A stretch of 64,000 nt of DNA from an uncultured virus (IMG/VR IMGVR_UViG_2061766007_000545). Its lineage: Duplodnaviria; Heunggongvirae; Uroviricota; Caudoviricetes. The position numbers and the translations under genes are program-made. Shown here in pieces: positions 40,927-50,833 of this stretch. The DNA lies in IMG/VR virus record IMGVR_UViG_2061766007_000545; one strand, given 5' to 3'. The notes beneath the pieces were generated by a model. That model did no database searches. It was not told where the DNA came from and saw only the letters and a list, made by a program, of their open reading frames with translations. Each line of letters opens with the position of its first letter. Within the stretch, counting starts at the first letter, position 1.

Positions 40927-41289
40927 ATGCATAAGCTCTATGAATTAAAGAAAACTCTTTGTGCTGAACTCGAAGAGTATGCAAAAAGAGGGAATAATCT
41001 AGACCTTCAAAGTCTAGAAACTATTGATATACTGGCTCATGCGGTCAAAAACTTAGATAAAGTAATTAAGGCAGAAGATGAAGAGCTTGGTTACTCTGGT
41101 CGTAGTTATGCTAATAATTCTTATAACTCTTATGAGGGCGGATGGTCAAATATGAGAAGTCGTATGTCGAATGCGAGAGATCGTTATAGCTATACCGACA
41201 CAATGGAGAGTTTTAAAAAGTTAATAGATAGCGCACCTGATGAGCAGACTAGAGTTGAATTAAGTCGAATGATGCAAAAGTTTGAATAA
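40927..41289 (+). CDS. Helical hypothetical protein (cassette gene 6)
   Basis: AAGGAGG RBS; LC.ELEEY...L..ID.L.HA.KNLDK; followed by terminator. Confidence 0.7.
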   Translation: MHKLYELKKTLCAELEEYAKRGNNLDLQSLETIDILAHAVKNLDKVIKAEDEELGYSGRSYANNSYNSYEGGWSNMRSRMSNARDRYSYTDTMESFKKLIDSAPDEQTRVELSRMMQKFE

Positions 41290-41314
41290 GGAGTAAGAGC
41301 CATATCATAAAAGT

Positions 41315-41341
41315 AAAGACGCTTCGGCGTCTTTTCTTTTT
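41315..41341 (+). terminator. Intrinsic terminator
   Basis: AAAGACGC-TTCG-GCGTCTTT + T run. Confidence 0.85.
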
Positions 41342-41428
41342 GGAGAAAAATAGACTAATTAGAAAAAAACTTTACTTCTATTTAGTGAAATAGAAAATCT
41401 ATTTTAAAATAAAATGAGGTGATGTATA

Positions 41429-42298
41429 ATGATGACTGGTAATGAAGTAGCTTTGAGAGCTGAAGAGTTCGCAAATGCGCTTACAAAGTATGAAAAAGGT
41501 TGGTGGGGACAATATCCAAGTCAGGCTGAGTGGAATCGTATCCTTAGAATGTATCCGGAAAATTCTACGTATGGTAATGAGAGATATATTGGAAACAGCT
41601 CTTGCTTTTTCTTTGATTGCGTTTGTTTAGTTAAAGCAATCCTTGGTGGAGCAACTGTAGTACATAGAATTCAATACGCTGCACTTGCTAACAATCCTAT
41701 GGGCGATTGTGATAATAAATCTTTCTTAAGACAGATTAAAGCAAATGGTGGTTGCGCGCCAAAAGATGCGAAACGTGGTTATGGACTTGCTACGGAAAAT
41801 CATGCAGCTATTGCGCTTGGTAATGGTAGATGGCTTGATTGTAACTTTATTAGAAAGAATGGTAAGGTAGTTCAAGATGGTATTCTTATCCACGATACAG
41901 GTATTGAGCAATTCATTATGGCTGGACCTTTGACTGGTGTTGATTATTCTAGTGTTACTCCTACACCTGCTCCTGTTGTGGGTGATGTAATTCCAATGGT
42001 TATCACAAAGATTGAAGGAAATATTGCATATGGACAGGCAGAAATTACACCTGCGCCCGCTCCTACTCCAACTCCTACACCTGAGATTAAGGTTGGTTCG
42101 AAGGTAACAATTGCACCTGGTGCAGTATCTGGTGGTGGAAATCCTACTTATGCAAATAAGCCAATCGATCCTAAATATGCGAATGGAACGTATGTAGATA
42201 CAGTGGCACAGATTAACACGTTTGCCGGAGAAAAGCAAGCGCTTCTAAAGAACCTTTATACTTGGGTGGCATTTAAGTATCTAACCGTAGTTGGTTAA
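41429..42298 (+). CDS. Endolysin/peptidoglycan hydrolase (NlpC/P60-like Cys-His) with Pro-Thr linkers and SH3-like C-terminus
   Basis: FDCVCLVKAIL...HAAIALG; TPAPAPTPTP linker; IKVGSKVTI cell-wall-binding pattern. Confidence 0.7.
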   Translation: MMTGNEVALRAEEFANALTKYEKGWWGQYPSQAEWNRILRMYPENSTYGNERYIGNSSCFFFDCVCLVKAILGGATVVHRIQYAALANNPMGDCDNKSFLRQIKANGGCAPKDAKRGYGLATENHAAIALGNGRWLDCNFIRKNGKVVQDGILIHDTGIEQFIMAGPLTGVDYSSVTPTPAPVVGDVIPMVITKIEGNIAYGQAEITPAPAPTPTPTPEIKVGSKVTIAPGAVSGGGNPTYANKPIDPKYANGTYVDTVAQINTFAGEKQALLKNLYTWVAFKYLTVVG

Positions 42299-42303
42299 AA
42301 AAG

Positions 42304-42336
42304 AAAAGACATAGGTCAAAAGCCTATGTCTTTTTT
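42304..42336. terminator. Bidirectional terminator between convergent genes
   Basis: AAAAGACATAGG/CCTATGTCTTTT. Confidence 0.8.
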
Positions 42337-42731
42337 GTTACGTTGTGGGCGCGCCAGTCGTTGTCGTTCTTCCATCGGTCGCGCGCTAAGTACATATCAT
42401 CGAGTAATTCATTTAATGAACTTATATTGTCTAAATCCCAATAAGGCACACAATAAATTTTAATTCCATTAGCCAAGCAGTATGAGATTTTACGCCGGTC
42501 ACGTTCTTGTGCAGCGAGAAATTCTTCTCTCGTTTTATGGAATTGCTTAACTTGCGTATAGTGTTGCGGACCGTTAATCTCGATCACGATAGGGGCTTCC
42601 TTATAGTCTGGTAGATAAAAGTCAAATCGGTACAACCCATGTCGCAAATCCGTAAATGTTTTTTCCATTTCATAGTAAACTCTTTCTCTATTTAAAAGAA
42701 AGATTACTTTTCCTTCTCCTTTGCTCTTCAT
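42324..42731 (-). CDS. PD-(D/E)xK/Vsr-like endonuclease domain protein
   Basis: SKGE, YRFDFYL, IEINGPQHY, RD..K..YC. Confidence 0.75.
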   Translation of the reverse strand: MKSKGEGKVIFLLNRERVYYEMEKTFTDLRHGLYRFDFYLPDYKEAPIVIEINGPQHYTQVKQFHKTREEFLAAQERDRRKISYCLANGIKIYCVPYWDLDNISSLNELLDDMYLARDRWKNDNDWRAHNVTKKT

Positions 42732-42830
42732 AGTACTCTTTTCCTCCTATAAAAAAGTAGAGTTTTTATATTGAAAGTCTACTTATTTTAGAAGGAGAAA
42801 AAGGTTTCTTTATAAAGGAGATAAAAGGAT

Positions 42831-45800
42831 ATGAGAGAAGAAAAATCTAAATATGTCTTACGTCATAATACTGAACAGACGTGGCAATTATATAATCCAG
42901 TTCTTCTAAGTGGTGAGATTGGTCTATCGGAATATACGCATGAGGATAATACTGTCCAATGTCTCTTTAAGATTGGAGATGGTATAACTCCTTGGAATGA
43001 ACTTCCTTTCGCGCAACCGAAGACAGATACTACTCTTACCTTGCCTTATGTTGCAGCGGATGCCGCAGCAGTTGGCGCAAGACTTGGATATATTGATAAT
43101 GAGCTTCAAACATTAAAACAAACTTGCGTAGAAATTGAAAGTTTTACTATAGTACCTAAATATACCGAGGCCGGTGTTTCTCTTGGAATGATTACACTTA
43201 GTTGGGTTTATGGGAATTATAGTACAATCGCAAGTCAAACTATTAATGGAGTTACAATTAGTCCTGAAATACGAAGCCTTACAATGACAGGTGAGTTTAC
43301 GCAGAGTACGACTTTTAACTTAGTTGTTACTGATGGACTAGGCAATACGAAGACAGCGCAAACAAAACTTGAGGTTCTTTACCCAGTATTCTATGGAGTT
43401 AGAGAAATTCCGGAAACCTACACGGAAGGATTTGTTTATGGCTTAACAAAAGTAATTCCGACAAAAGAAGAATTTGAATTCTCTACTTCTTCTGCAGAGT
43501 CAGAGTATATTTACTTTTGCGCGCCCGATAGCTATGGTACATGCGCATTCTTCCATAGAGGATTTGAAGGTGGAGTACAGTTTGTAGATTCAATATCGCT
43601 TCATTTGAGCGAGACACTTACTGAAACATATAATATTTATCGATCTGACTATCCAGGGTTGGGGAATACGAGATTGCGTGTTACTTTCTCTACCGGTCCT
43701 CATACTGATTTAACGATTGAGCCTACTTTACCTAGTGGTGGTACTGAAGGACAAATCTTAATGAAAGCTTCTAATCAAGATTATGATACTTATTGGGTAA
43801 ATTTACCTAAAGAGATTCCGAACGGTGGAACTACTGGTCAAGTACTTTCAAAGAGAAGTGATGCCACTGGTGACTTAGAATGGAAGGATTTTGAAGGCGC
43901 GCTACCAAATGTTTCAACTCGAGATAATGGGAAAATTCTTAAAGTTACAAATGGATATTGGGGAGTAGGTAGTGAATCTACGGAACTTCCAAATATTTTT
44001 CCTGAAGATACTGGGAAGGTTTTAACTGCTGAAGAAGGCGTTGTTTCTTGGAAAGAAATTCCATCTCAGCTCCCTGCAACTAGTGCGGCGGATGAAGGAG
44101 ATGTACTAGTTGTTGACGGTAATGGTAGATGGATTAAGAAGCCAGTTATATATGAAGGTGCTGTTGTTTACGAAGGAGCTGGCGCCCCTACTTATCAGGT
44201 AATATGTAAGAAGGGTGACTTCTATAGAGATACAACAAATAATAAACTTTATTTTTGTTGGAGATATATTTCACCTGATCCATCAACCGCTACAGAACTT
44301 ACGGGAGTTACGCTTACACTTAGATCGACTGCGTACTATCCGGAAGAAGGATTAGAGGATTATAGTGCTAGTTATAACTATTTTGGTCTTATTAATGGTT
44401 TAAAAATTGATAGGCTTTGGGTAGAAAATAATGTAATTAAATTACAAGCTTATGAACGCAATAGTTTCGGTCAGGCAGTATATTCTACCTATACGATCTG
44501 CGATGGAAATGTAGAAGATCGTTCAAGTATTCCTATCACAGCAAGAACAATCGCATTTAACGAAAATGCAAGTGTAGTAACTGACGTACCTCTTGTAAGT
44601 TGGTTTATTGGTAATGCTGCCTCAATGAGTGGTACTGGTTCTTACTGGGTTGAGATAGTGGCAAAACCCGATTCCGGTTTCCCAACCGTTACTACAGATG
44701 ATAATGGAAAAGTTGCAATTGTACGAAGCGGTGCGTGGGACAAGGAATATCCTGAGTGGACCGCTACGTATCATGGGACTGGAGCACCGGTTGGAAGTAT
44801 TATGGCAACACCGGGTGATTTTTATAGAGATGATTCAAGTAATGAATTGTACCAGTGTACTGAATATATTGATCCATACCATATTACTGATTTAACAGGC
44901 ATTACGTTTTATTTTAATCCTACGGTAAATAATTCAAATTATAACTCAGGTTCTTCTTTACAAATTAATTTTACCATAGGCTCAGATTATTACACTGCTA
45001 TGACAGTAGGGTATAATTCCTATAGTAGTCGTAATACACTTAGCTACTTTAATAATAGTACGGGATGGATAAATCTAGTTTATGATAGCTATCTTAATAG
45101 AGGCTGGTTAGATGAGTCATATAGAACTATAACTATTACTGGTGGTTCAGAAGCTACAAATACAGATTTTATCAATTGGATTTTTTCTAATGCAGTTGCA
45201 TTTGGACTTGGTTCTCAATGGGTTAAACTTTGTCCTCAAGAATCAGTACTTCCTGAACCTCAACTCGCAGACGAAGGCAAGGTGGTCTCTGTCTCAAATG
45301 CCCAATATGCGCTTACTACCCCTGTAACCTACGAGAATCTCGAGGGAGCGGGCGCGCCAACAGCGTCAACTACTGCGTCCATGGGACAGATTTATATCGA
45401 CATATCAAGTGGTGAGGCTTACTATTGCACAAACTACCAAGACCCCACAAGCATAACTTCTCTCGAAGACCTACAATATACCTTTGATTCAGATATTATA
45501 TTCCCTGCTACAATCCCATCTTCTTACCCCGAAACTCTTTTCGAGTATGAAGCAGACTTTACCTACTCTTATGAAACAGTTGATGCAAATGATAATTCAA
45601 TCACAGTTTTAAGAGATGGACTTAAGGTAAAGGGTGTAGTAGATCAAATTACAGTTCAAGTAGAAACTGAAGAAGAAGGTGTCTACGATAGTGAAGATGT
45701 AACTATATATAAGCTAATCTATATTTACGATGACGAAGGCACACCAACCGAAGAAGTTGCGTATAATACCGGTAATCTTTATGAACAGGTAGAAACTCCT

Positions 45801-46046
45801 CTATGGACTCATGAGAGAATGCGCGAGATTCTATTTGGGAATTCCGGTAATGATTTAGAGAATGGCTTCTATATCGACTTCTTAAACACTAATGGTAACT
45901 TCTATGGTTACGGTTCGACTTGGCTTCGTCTATCTACTTTTAACCGTCTACCCGTAGTTACCATTGCAGACAATGGGAAGATTCCGATTGTAGATAATGG
46001 TGAATGGACTTTGGTTCTACTTAGTAGTTTATTAGGAGGTAATTAA
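42831..46046 (+). CDS. Modular tail fibre/virion surface protein with Mtd-like N-terminus
   Basis: NPVLLSGEIG..KIGDG..WNELP; GGT.GQ.L.K repeats; three G.GAP..GD(F)Y.D...Y.C modules shared with 24748-26430. Confidence 0.75.
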   Translation: MREEKSKYVLRHNTEQTWQLYNPVLLSGEIGLSEYTHEDNTVQCLFKIGDGITPWNELPFAQPKTDTTLTLPYVAADAAAVGARLGYIDNELQTLKQTCVEIESFTIVPKYTEAGVSLGMITLSWVYGNYSTIASQTINGVTISPEIRSLTMTGEFTQSTTFNLVVTDGLGNTKTAQTKLEVLYPVFYGVREIPETYTEGFVYGLTKVIPTKEEFEFSTSSAESEYIYFCAPDSYGTCAFFHRGFEGGVQFVDSISLHLSETLTETYNIYRSDYPGLGNTRLRVTFSTGPHTDLTIEPTLPSGGTEGQILMKASNQDYDTYWVNLPKEIPNGGTTGQVLSKRSDATGDLEWKDFEGALPNVSTRDNGKILKVTNGYWGVGSESTELPNIFPEDTGKVLTAEEGVVSWKEIPSQLPATSAADEGDVLVVDGNGRWIKKPVIYEGAVVYEGAGAPTYQVICKKGDFYRDTTNNKLYFCWRYISPDPSTATELTGVTLTLRSTAYYPEEGLEDYSASYNYFGLINGLKIDRLWVENNVIKLQAYERNSFGQAVYSTYTICDGNVEDRSSIPITARTIAFNENASVVTDVPLVSWFIGNAASMSGTGSYWVEIVAKPDSGFPTVTTDDNGKVAIVRSGAWDKEYPEWTATYHGTGAPVGSIMATPGDFYRDDSSNELYQCTEYIDPYHITDLTGITFYFNPTVNNSNYNSGSSLQINFTIGSDYYTAMTVGYNSYSSRNTLSYFNNSTGWINLVYDSYLNRGWLDESYRTITITGGSEATNTDFINWIFSNAVAFGLGSQWVKLCPQESVLPEPQLADEGKVVSVSNAQYALTTPVTYENLEGAGAPTASTTASMGQIYIDISSGEAYYCTNYQDPTSITSLEDLQYTFDSDIIFPATIPSSYPETLFEYEADFTYSYETVDANDNSITVLRDGLKVKGVVDQITVQVETEEEGVYDSEDVTIYKLIYIYDDEGTPTEEVAYNTGNLYEQVETPLWTHERMREILFGNSGNDLENGFYIDFLNTNGNFYGYGSTWLRLSTFNRLPVVTIADNGKIPIVDNGEWTLVLLSSLLGGN

Positions 46047-46048
46047 AG

Positions 46049-46549
46049 ATGTCTATTTATTCTATTGAAATGATATCTGGATTGACTCCTAAAAATAATA
46101 GTGACTTTCCATTGGTGCGCGCTCACGACGTAGAAGTTGAAGAAGGAGTTCGTCTAGATGATAGATTACAGTTTTACTGTACCGCTCTTCCAACTCCTTC
46201 TTCTGCCTACTTTATGCGCTCAGCTATACATTATAATAATGGAGTAAGTACTCCGTATATCTGCTTATATAGAGAACGAAATGGGGTTGGAGAGTACTAT
46301 TGGGCGCAATATAATGATGTAGCACCAATTCCAGCAGAGTCACTTCGTGATTTAGGAGATGTACAGTTACAAAATCTTCAAGATGGAGATACTCTCCAAT
46401 ATTCTTCTCGTGATAATAAGTGGAAGAATGTTCAGGGCGGAGAATTTATTTGTTTAACAAAAGCAGATTATGATGCTCTGCCCGCCTCAAAACTTACTAA
46501 TGGTGTTGTCTATTTTATTTCTGATATGGAAGAAGGATTTAATTTCTAA
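46049..46549 (+). CDS. Hypothetical tail-associated protein
   Basis: L.DL.DV....LQDGD.L.Y....KW.N and LTKADYDAL...VYFI motifs. Confidence 0.6.
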   Translation: MSIYSIEMISGLTPKNNSDFPLVRAHDVEVEEGVRLDDRLQFYCTALPTPSSAYFMRSAIHYNNGVSTPYICLYRERNGVGEYYWAQYNDVAPIPAESLRDLGDVQLQNLQDGDTLQYSSRDNKWKNVQGGEFICLTKADYDALPASKLTNGVVYFISDMEEGFNF

Positions 46550-46566
46550 GAAAAAGGAGGAACAAA

Positions 46567-46830
46567 ATGGCAAAGAACACAAAAAAGACTCCCACCCCTA
46601 TTGTAGAAGAGGTAAAGGAGCCAATTTCCGAACTTATCCTCGATAAAGAGGAGCCGCTCAATCAGAAAGTCATTAATACCTATTTACTAAATGTGCGTGA
46701 AGCACCGAGTACGAAGGCAAAAATTAAGTACGAAATTAAGGAAGGCGAAAGAGTTAGAGTACTTGAAGAAGTAGGTGATTGGACGAAGATTGGTGATAAT
46801 GAGTGGGTTATGACAAAATATTTAAAGTAA
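46567..46830 (+). CDS. SH3b domain protein
   Basis: LNVREAPST...GE.V.VLEE.GDW.KI...WV...YL. Confidence 0.8.
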   Translation: MAKNTKKTPTPIVEEVKEPISELILDKEEPLNQKVINTYLLNVREAPSTKAKIKYEIKEGERVRVLEEVGDWTKIGDNEWVMTKYLK

Positions 46831-46834
46831 AAAG

Positions 46835-46861
46835 AAAGAGAGGTCAATGACCTCTCTTTTT
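46835..46861. terminator. Bidirectional terminator between convergent genes
   Basis: AAAGAGAGGTCA/TGACCTCTCTTT. Confidence 0.82.
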
Positions 46862-46862
46862 A

Positions 46863-47975
46863 TTACATTTTCTCAACTTGTTCCCAAGTACAATCGGTTG
46901 GCTTTTTATCATCTCTCCAACCAATCATGCGCGGGTGGCGAATATGGTGGGATTCTTCATCAATCTGCATTCCACCAACTTCTACAACGCGCCCAATCAG
47001 CGCTTCCCAGTTTGTTAGGATTTCTTCTGTAAGACCAGACAAATCACCAAAGTAAATCATCTGTCCATCTTTATAGAGTCCTAACTTAAGTGAGCCAGCC
47101 ATTCCATAGTAGAAGTTCTTTGTGACCGGAAGATATGGCGCACCCTTCTCGTAGTCATTAAACCACTCACGAATATCAAGTTTATCACCACTCAGCGCAT
47201 GAACCCAGTACTTCCATGTTTGAATACTCTTCCCATTATACTCACGGGTAGGCGGATTTGCACCAATTACGACACAATCAATCGTCTCCTTCAGCTCCTG
47301 CTTAACCTTCAGGGTCGTCTTCGACGGTCTCTTACCCGGCTCGTAGTATGAGTCTCCCTTAGTAATAACCATACCCTCAAAGCCATCAAGCAAAAGTTCC
47401 TGAAGCGTATCCCACAGTGCGCTACCATTTACATACTCTGCATACTCTACATATTTTGAAGGATAAGCGCGCCATAATGTAATCAAAAAATCAAATCTAT
47501 CAATCGCTTTCTTCTTAAGGAAGGACTCCCCATCCCAAGCAAGAACATCAAATACATAGTAGTGCATTTTCTGTGATTCTTCTTTTTGACGCTCGATAGC
47601 TTTATCAGTTAAACACCCCATAATCGTAGTTGTGACTTTTGAACCTTCATCGCCCGGTCTATATACTTCACCAAGAAGACAACTACCATTAGGGATTTCT
47701 GATGCCCAATCCTCTAACTGAGGTAAGTGATCCCATTTATCTAAGTACTCACCATTAACGCTTTTTGAGCGTCCGCGCAGTGTAATATTTCCATCTTCAT
47801 CTTTGAGGAATACGTACAAGGCGCCGTCTACCTTGCGCGCCCCATACCAATCACCCGAGAAGATTCGATTACGCGTCTCTGCCTTCTTTTTCTCATCTGA
47901 CCATGAAGCAGGTGGCGCATAATACTTCATAACATCAAGCTCTGCAAAATTATATCCGTCAATATAACCTTTCAT
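46863..47975 (-). CDS. ATP-dependent DNA ligase
   Basis: RKVDG motif I, LGEVY, VFDVL, EGMV, LKVK, IRHPR. Confidence 0.85.
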   Translation of the reverse strand: MKGYIDGYNFAELDVMKYYAPPASWSDEKKKAETRNRIFSGDWYGARKVDGALYVFLKDEDGNITLRGRSKSVNGEYLDKWDHLPQLEDWASEIPNGSCLLGEVYRPGDEGSKVTTTIMGCLTDKAIERQKEESQKMHYYVFDVLAWDGESFLKKKAIDRFDFLITLWRAYPSKYVEYAEYVNGSALWDTLQELLLDGFEGMVITKGDSYYEPGKRPSKTTLKVKQELKETIDCVVIGANPPTREYNGKSIQTWKYWVHALSGDKLDIREWFNDYEKGAPYLPVTKNFYYGMAGSLKLGLYKDGQMIYFGDLSGLTEEILTNWEALIGRVVEVGGMQIDEESHHIRHPRMIGWRDDKKPTDCTWEQVEKM

Positions 47976-48244
47976 TCGTCCTCTTCTCCATTCTTCATTT
48001 TTGCATAACAGTGTGGACATCTTAATTTAGGACTTAAACTAATCATACTACAATTCATACATTTGTATCCATAGCCATAAAATTTATCATCTATTTTAAG
48101 TCCAGCAATAACTTTCCATCGTGAATCTGTAAGTTCCATATAAAGCGGACAAGTTTCTGCTCTTGTATTACTTTTTTCTCTACCAAATTTGCTACATGGC
48201 ACAGGTCCATGTTCATACCCTACACAAGTTCCACAAGTTTTCAT
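47972..48244 (-). CDS. Cys-rich Zn-finger protein
   Basis: CxxC pairs at both termini. Confidence 0.65.
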   Translation of the reverse strand: MKTCGTCVGYEHGPVPCSKFGREKSNTRAETCPLYMELTDSRWKVIAGLKIDDKFYGYGYKCMNCSMISLSPKLRCPHCYAKMKNGEEDE

Positions 48245-48771
48245 TCATCCACTCTCTCCAATTCCTCAATAAGTAACTCAGCGCTTTCTTTTAACTGCGC
48301 CAAATCTCCATTATTATCAATAATATAATCATACGCAAAGTCAAAAACTTCTTCATCCGCATGATTCGAGGCAAGCGCGTCCTCTGCGTTATCTCGTCTA
48401 ACTAAAACACACATTGCCCCAAGTCTTTTTCTAACTTTCTCTAATTCATTTGGTTCTCTAATACATACGAATAAAAACCCTTCATCTTCAATTTGATGTC
48501 TTTCATTCCATAATTCCCAAACTTTAAGAGCTTTTTCAATTTCTTTGTAGGGAATATCACCCCATTCAGTCAGAATATCTTTCATATCAGAGAGAAACTT
48601 TCGATTCTTTAAATCTTTTTCTCCGTTCCAGCCGCAATAAAATGCAATTTTCTTTACGAAATCAATAGAAGAAGTCTTTCTTCCTTTTTCGCCTAACTTC
48701 TCATTACAAATATCAATAAATGTATCCTTGCCACTACGAGGCGCCCCATTTACCGCAACAACTTTAATCAT
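48241..48771 (-). CDS. P-loop (deoxy)nucleoside monophosphate kinase-like protein
   Basis: NGAPRSGKDT, IREPNE, DYIIDNNG. Confidence 0.75.
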   Translation of the reverse strand: MIKVVAVNGAPRSGKDTFIDICNEKLGEKGRKTSSIDFVKKIAFYCGWNGEKDLKNRKFLSDMKDILTEWGDIPYKEIEKALKVWELWNERHQIEDEGFLFVCIREPNELEKVRKRLGAMCVLVRRDNAEDALASNHADEEVFDFAYDYIIDNNGDLAQLKESAELLIEELERVDE

Positions 48772-49732
48772 CTTCTTCCCTCCAACCATGGAAATCTAAC
48801 CACTCAAAAAAAGTTTGTGGGAACTTATATAATTTCTTATCAAGTACAGTATACTGAAGTATCTTATCCTTTAGCTCATTCATACTATCCATATCCTTAA
48901 GTTCTTTTTGAAAAACTTCTATATGAAGTAAATCATAAATCATATTTTCAATTTCACTCGGAATAGGCATCTCTTTAGCCAAAGCGGTCTGATAGTAGTT
49001 ATAAATAAAGAAAATACGCGGGAATAGTTGTACAAGCTTTTGCGGAAATTTTTCTTGCACATACTTAATCGCATCATAAGAAGCTCTAATATAATCCAAA
49101 CTTAACACATTATCACGCGCCTCACCTTTCATTCGAGTTATTGAACTCTTTTCATCACGCCAAAGATAAACTGGTTGTTCGAGAATCGATTTCTTCTGAG
49201 TAGAAAAGAAGCACTTTACACAAAAAGCAATATCCTCATTTCCTCTTAATCCCTCAGGAAATCTAATTCCATTCTCTATAAGAAAAGAAGTGCGAAAAAT
49301 TTTCCCATGAAGCCATACCTTACTTGCTTCTTCTCCATTTAATACAAATCCTGTAGAATGTTTCTGCTCAACAGAAATCGGAGATACAACATAATCATCA
49401 TTTCTATGCGCGATTTCATATTTCAATCGCTCTAGCGCATGAGGCATCAACAAGTCATCTGAGTCTAAAAAGGTAATAAACTCAATATGCGCACGAGCTG
49501 CCGCCTCAATACCGCGCTGTCTTGCCATCCCTGGGCCTCCATTAATGGGCTGGCGCAGATAAGTAAGTTTTAACTTCTGCGTAAATTCATCGCATACACT
49601 CTTCAAATCTTCTTGACTACAATCATCAACAACAATTGTCATAAACATCTTCATTGTCTGCATTGTTAAAGAGTTGAGTGCTTCTCTTAAACACTCAGGT
49701 CTATTATACGCAGGAATAATTACTGCCAACAT
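48764..49732 (-). CDS. Glycosyltransferase family 2
   Basis: VIIPAYN, VVDDCS, GPGMARQ.G, FLDSDD, NED. Confidence 0.88.
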   Translation of the reverse strand: MLAVIIPAYNRPECLREALNSLTMQTMKMFMTIVVDDCSQEDLKSVCDEFTQKLKLTYLRQPINGGPGMARQRGIEAAARAHIEFITFLDSDDLLMPHALERLKYEIAHRNDDYVVSPISVEQKHSTGFVLNGEEASKVWLHGKIFRTSFLIENGIRFPEGLRGNEDIAFCVKCFFSTQKKSILEQPVYLWRDEKSSITRMKGEARDNVLSLDYIRASYDAIKYVQEKFPQKLVQLFPRIFFIYNYYQTALAKEMPIPSEIENMIYDLLHIEVFQKELKDMDSMNELKDKILQYTVLDKKLYKFPQTFFEWLDFHGWREEDD

Positions 49733-50204
49733 AAATAACTGTTTCCTCCTTTTGCGCGCCGACTTTAGCAAGGGAATCACAGATTTCATTACCCATTACT
49801 CCCACATGACCTTTAACTTTTTCAAAAGTATAATTCTCTTTCTCAAAATATGGAATTAAGTCAACCCACAAATCTTTATTTTCAACGGGTGTTTTTTTAC
49901 TTGTAATCCACCCATTATTTTCCCAACTCTTATACCATTTCTGCTTTCTGCAATTAATCATATAAGCAGAGTCACTATAAAGTATCACCTCTTTCTCTTC
50001 CATATCTAACTTTTTTAAAGTAGATAGCGCCATAGAGGCAGCGGTCAGTTCCATACGATTATTAGTCGTATGGTCCTGATGTCCTCTACCATATGCCAAG
50101 GTTTCTTTCTTTTCATTATAAATTACAAAAGCCCAGCCACCTTGTGCGTTCTCCTTTCCATTCCCTAAACAGCAACCATCCGTATAAATAATATATTTAT
50201 CCAA
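49704..50204 (-). CDS. rnhA: Ribonuclease HI
   Basis: IYTDG, TTNNRMEL, SDSAY, N.DLW, KVKGH, NE.CD.LA; probable TTG start. Confidence 0.92.
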   Translation of the reverse strand: MDKYIIYTDGCCLGNGKENAQGGWAFVIYNEKKETLAYGRGHQDHTTNNRMELTAASMALSTLKKLDMEEKEVILYSDSAYMINCRKQKWYKSWENNGWITSKKTPVENKDLWVDLIPYFEKENYTFEKVKGHVGVMGNEICDSLAKVGAQKEETVIYVGSNYSCV

Positions 50205-50217
50205 AACGGTCTCCTTT

Positions 50218-50781
50218 CTATTCTTCATCATTAATTACATGAATTTGACAACTCTTCATAACATCAAGCGCGGCACGATGCATTCGCGGTGTAGTACCGG
50301 CGCAGCACGAAGCATCAACCGTAACTCTAACTCCGGGGCAACTTAGCTTAATGGCAAGTGCATTCGAGATAATACAAATATCTGTACATACCCCTACGAG
50401 TTCTACCTCTTGGACGAAATGAGGATGCGCGATTGTATTCCAATGTTCAAAAGCAAATCTCTCTTTCGGAAGAATCGTAACTTGCGCCTTACGCTTAAAC
50501 TCTGGATCGTAAAGCTCTTCCTCAATTTTAATTCCTTCTGTACCAAGAATACAATGAGAAACCGGAAGATTTCTTCCTTCTTCTGTATTCAGATAGTTAT
50601 CTCGATGAGTATCTTGAGTAAAGAAGATTTGACCAGAACAAACGCCATTAGAAGTTGTATCCTCAATATACCGCATAATCTTTTCACGAATTTTCGGAAT
50701 AACTGCTACAGCTTCGTTAGTGCCGAGAGGACCAGTTGTAAAGTCTTTCTGCATATCAACTACAACTAAAATCTTATTCAT
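50218..50781 (-). CDS. pncA: Isochorismatase-family cysteine hydrolase (nicotinamidase-like)
   Basis: VVDMQKDF, TQDTH, HC, GVCTDIC. Confidence 0.82.
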   Translation of the reverse strand: MNKILVVVDMQKDFTTGPLGTNEAVAVIPKIREKIMRYIEDTTSNGVCSGQIFFTQDTHRDNYLNTEEGRNLPVSHCILGTEGIKIEEELYDPEFKRKAQVTILPKERFAFEHWNTIAHPHFVQEVELVGVCTDICIISNALAIKLSCPGVRVTVDASCCAGTTPRMHRAALDVMKSCQIHVINDEE

Positions 50782-50804
50782 AATTTTTACTCCATTTTTC
50801 TTTT

Positions 50805-50833
50805 ATTATATCAAAAATTAGAGAAAAAATCAA
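50805..50833 (-). promoter_or_regulatory. Sigma-A-type promoter (pncA-ligase operon)
   Basis: TTGATT-17-TATAAT. Confidence 0.78.
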
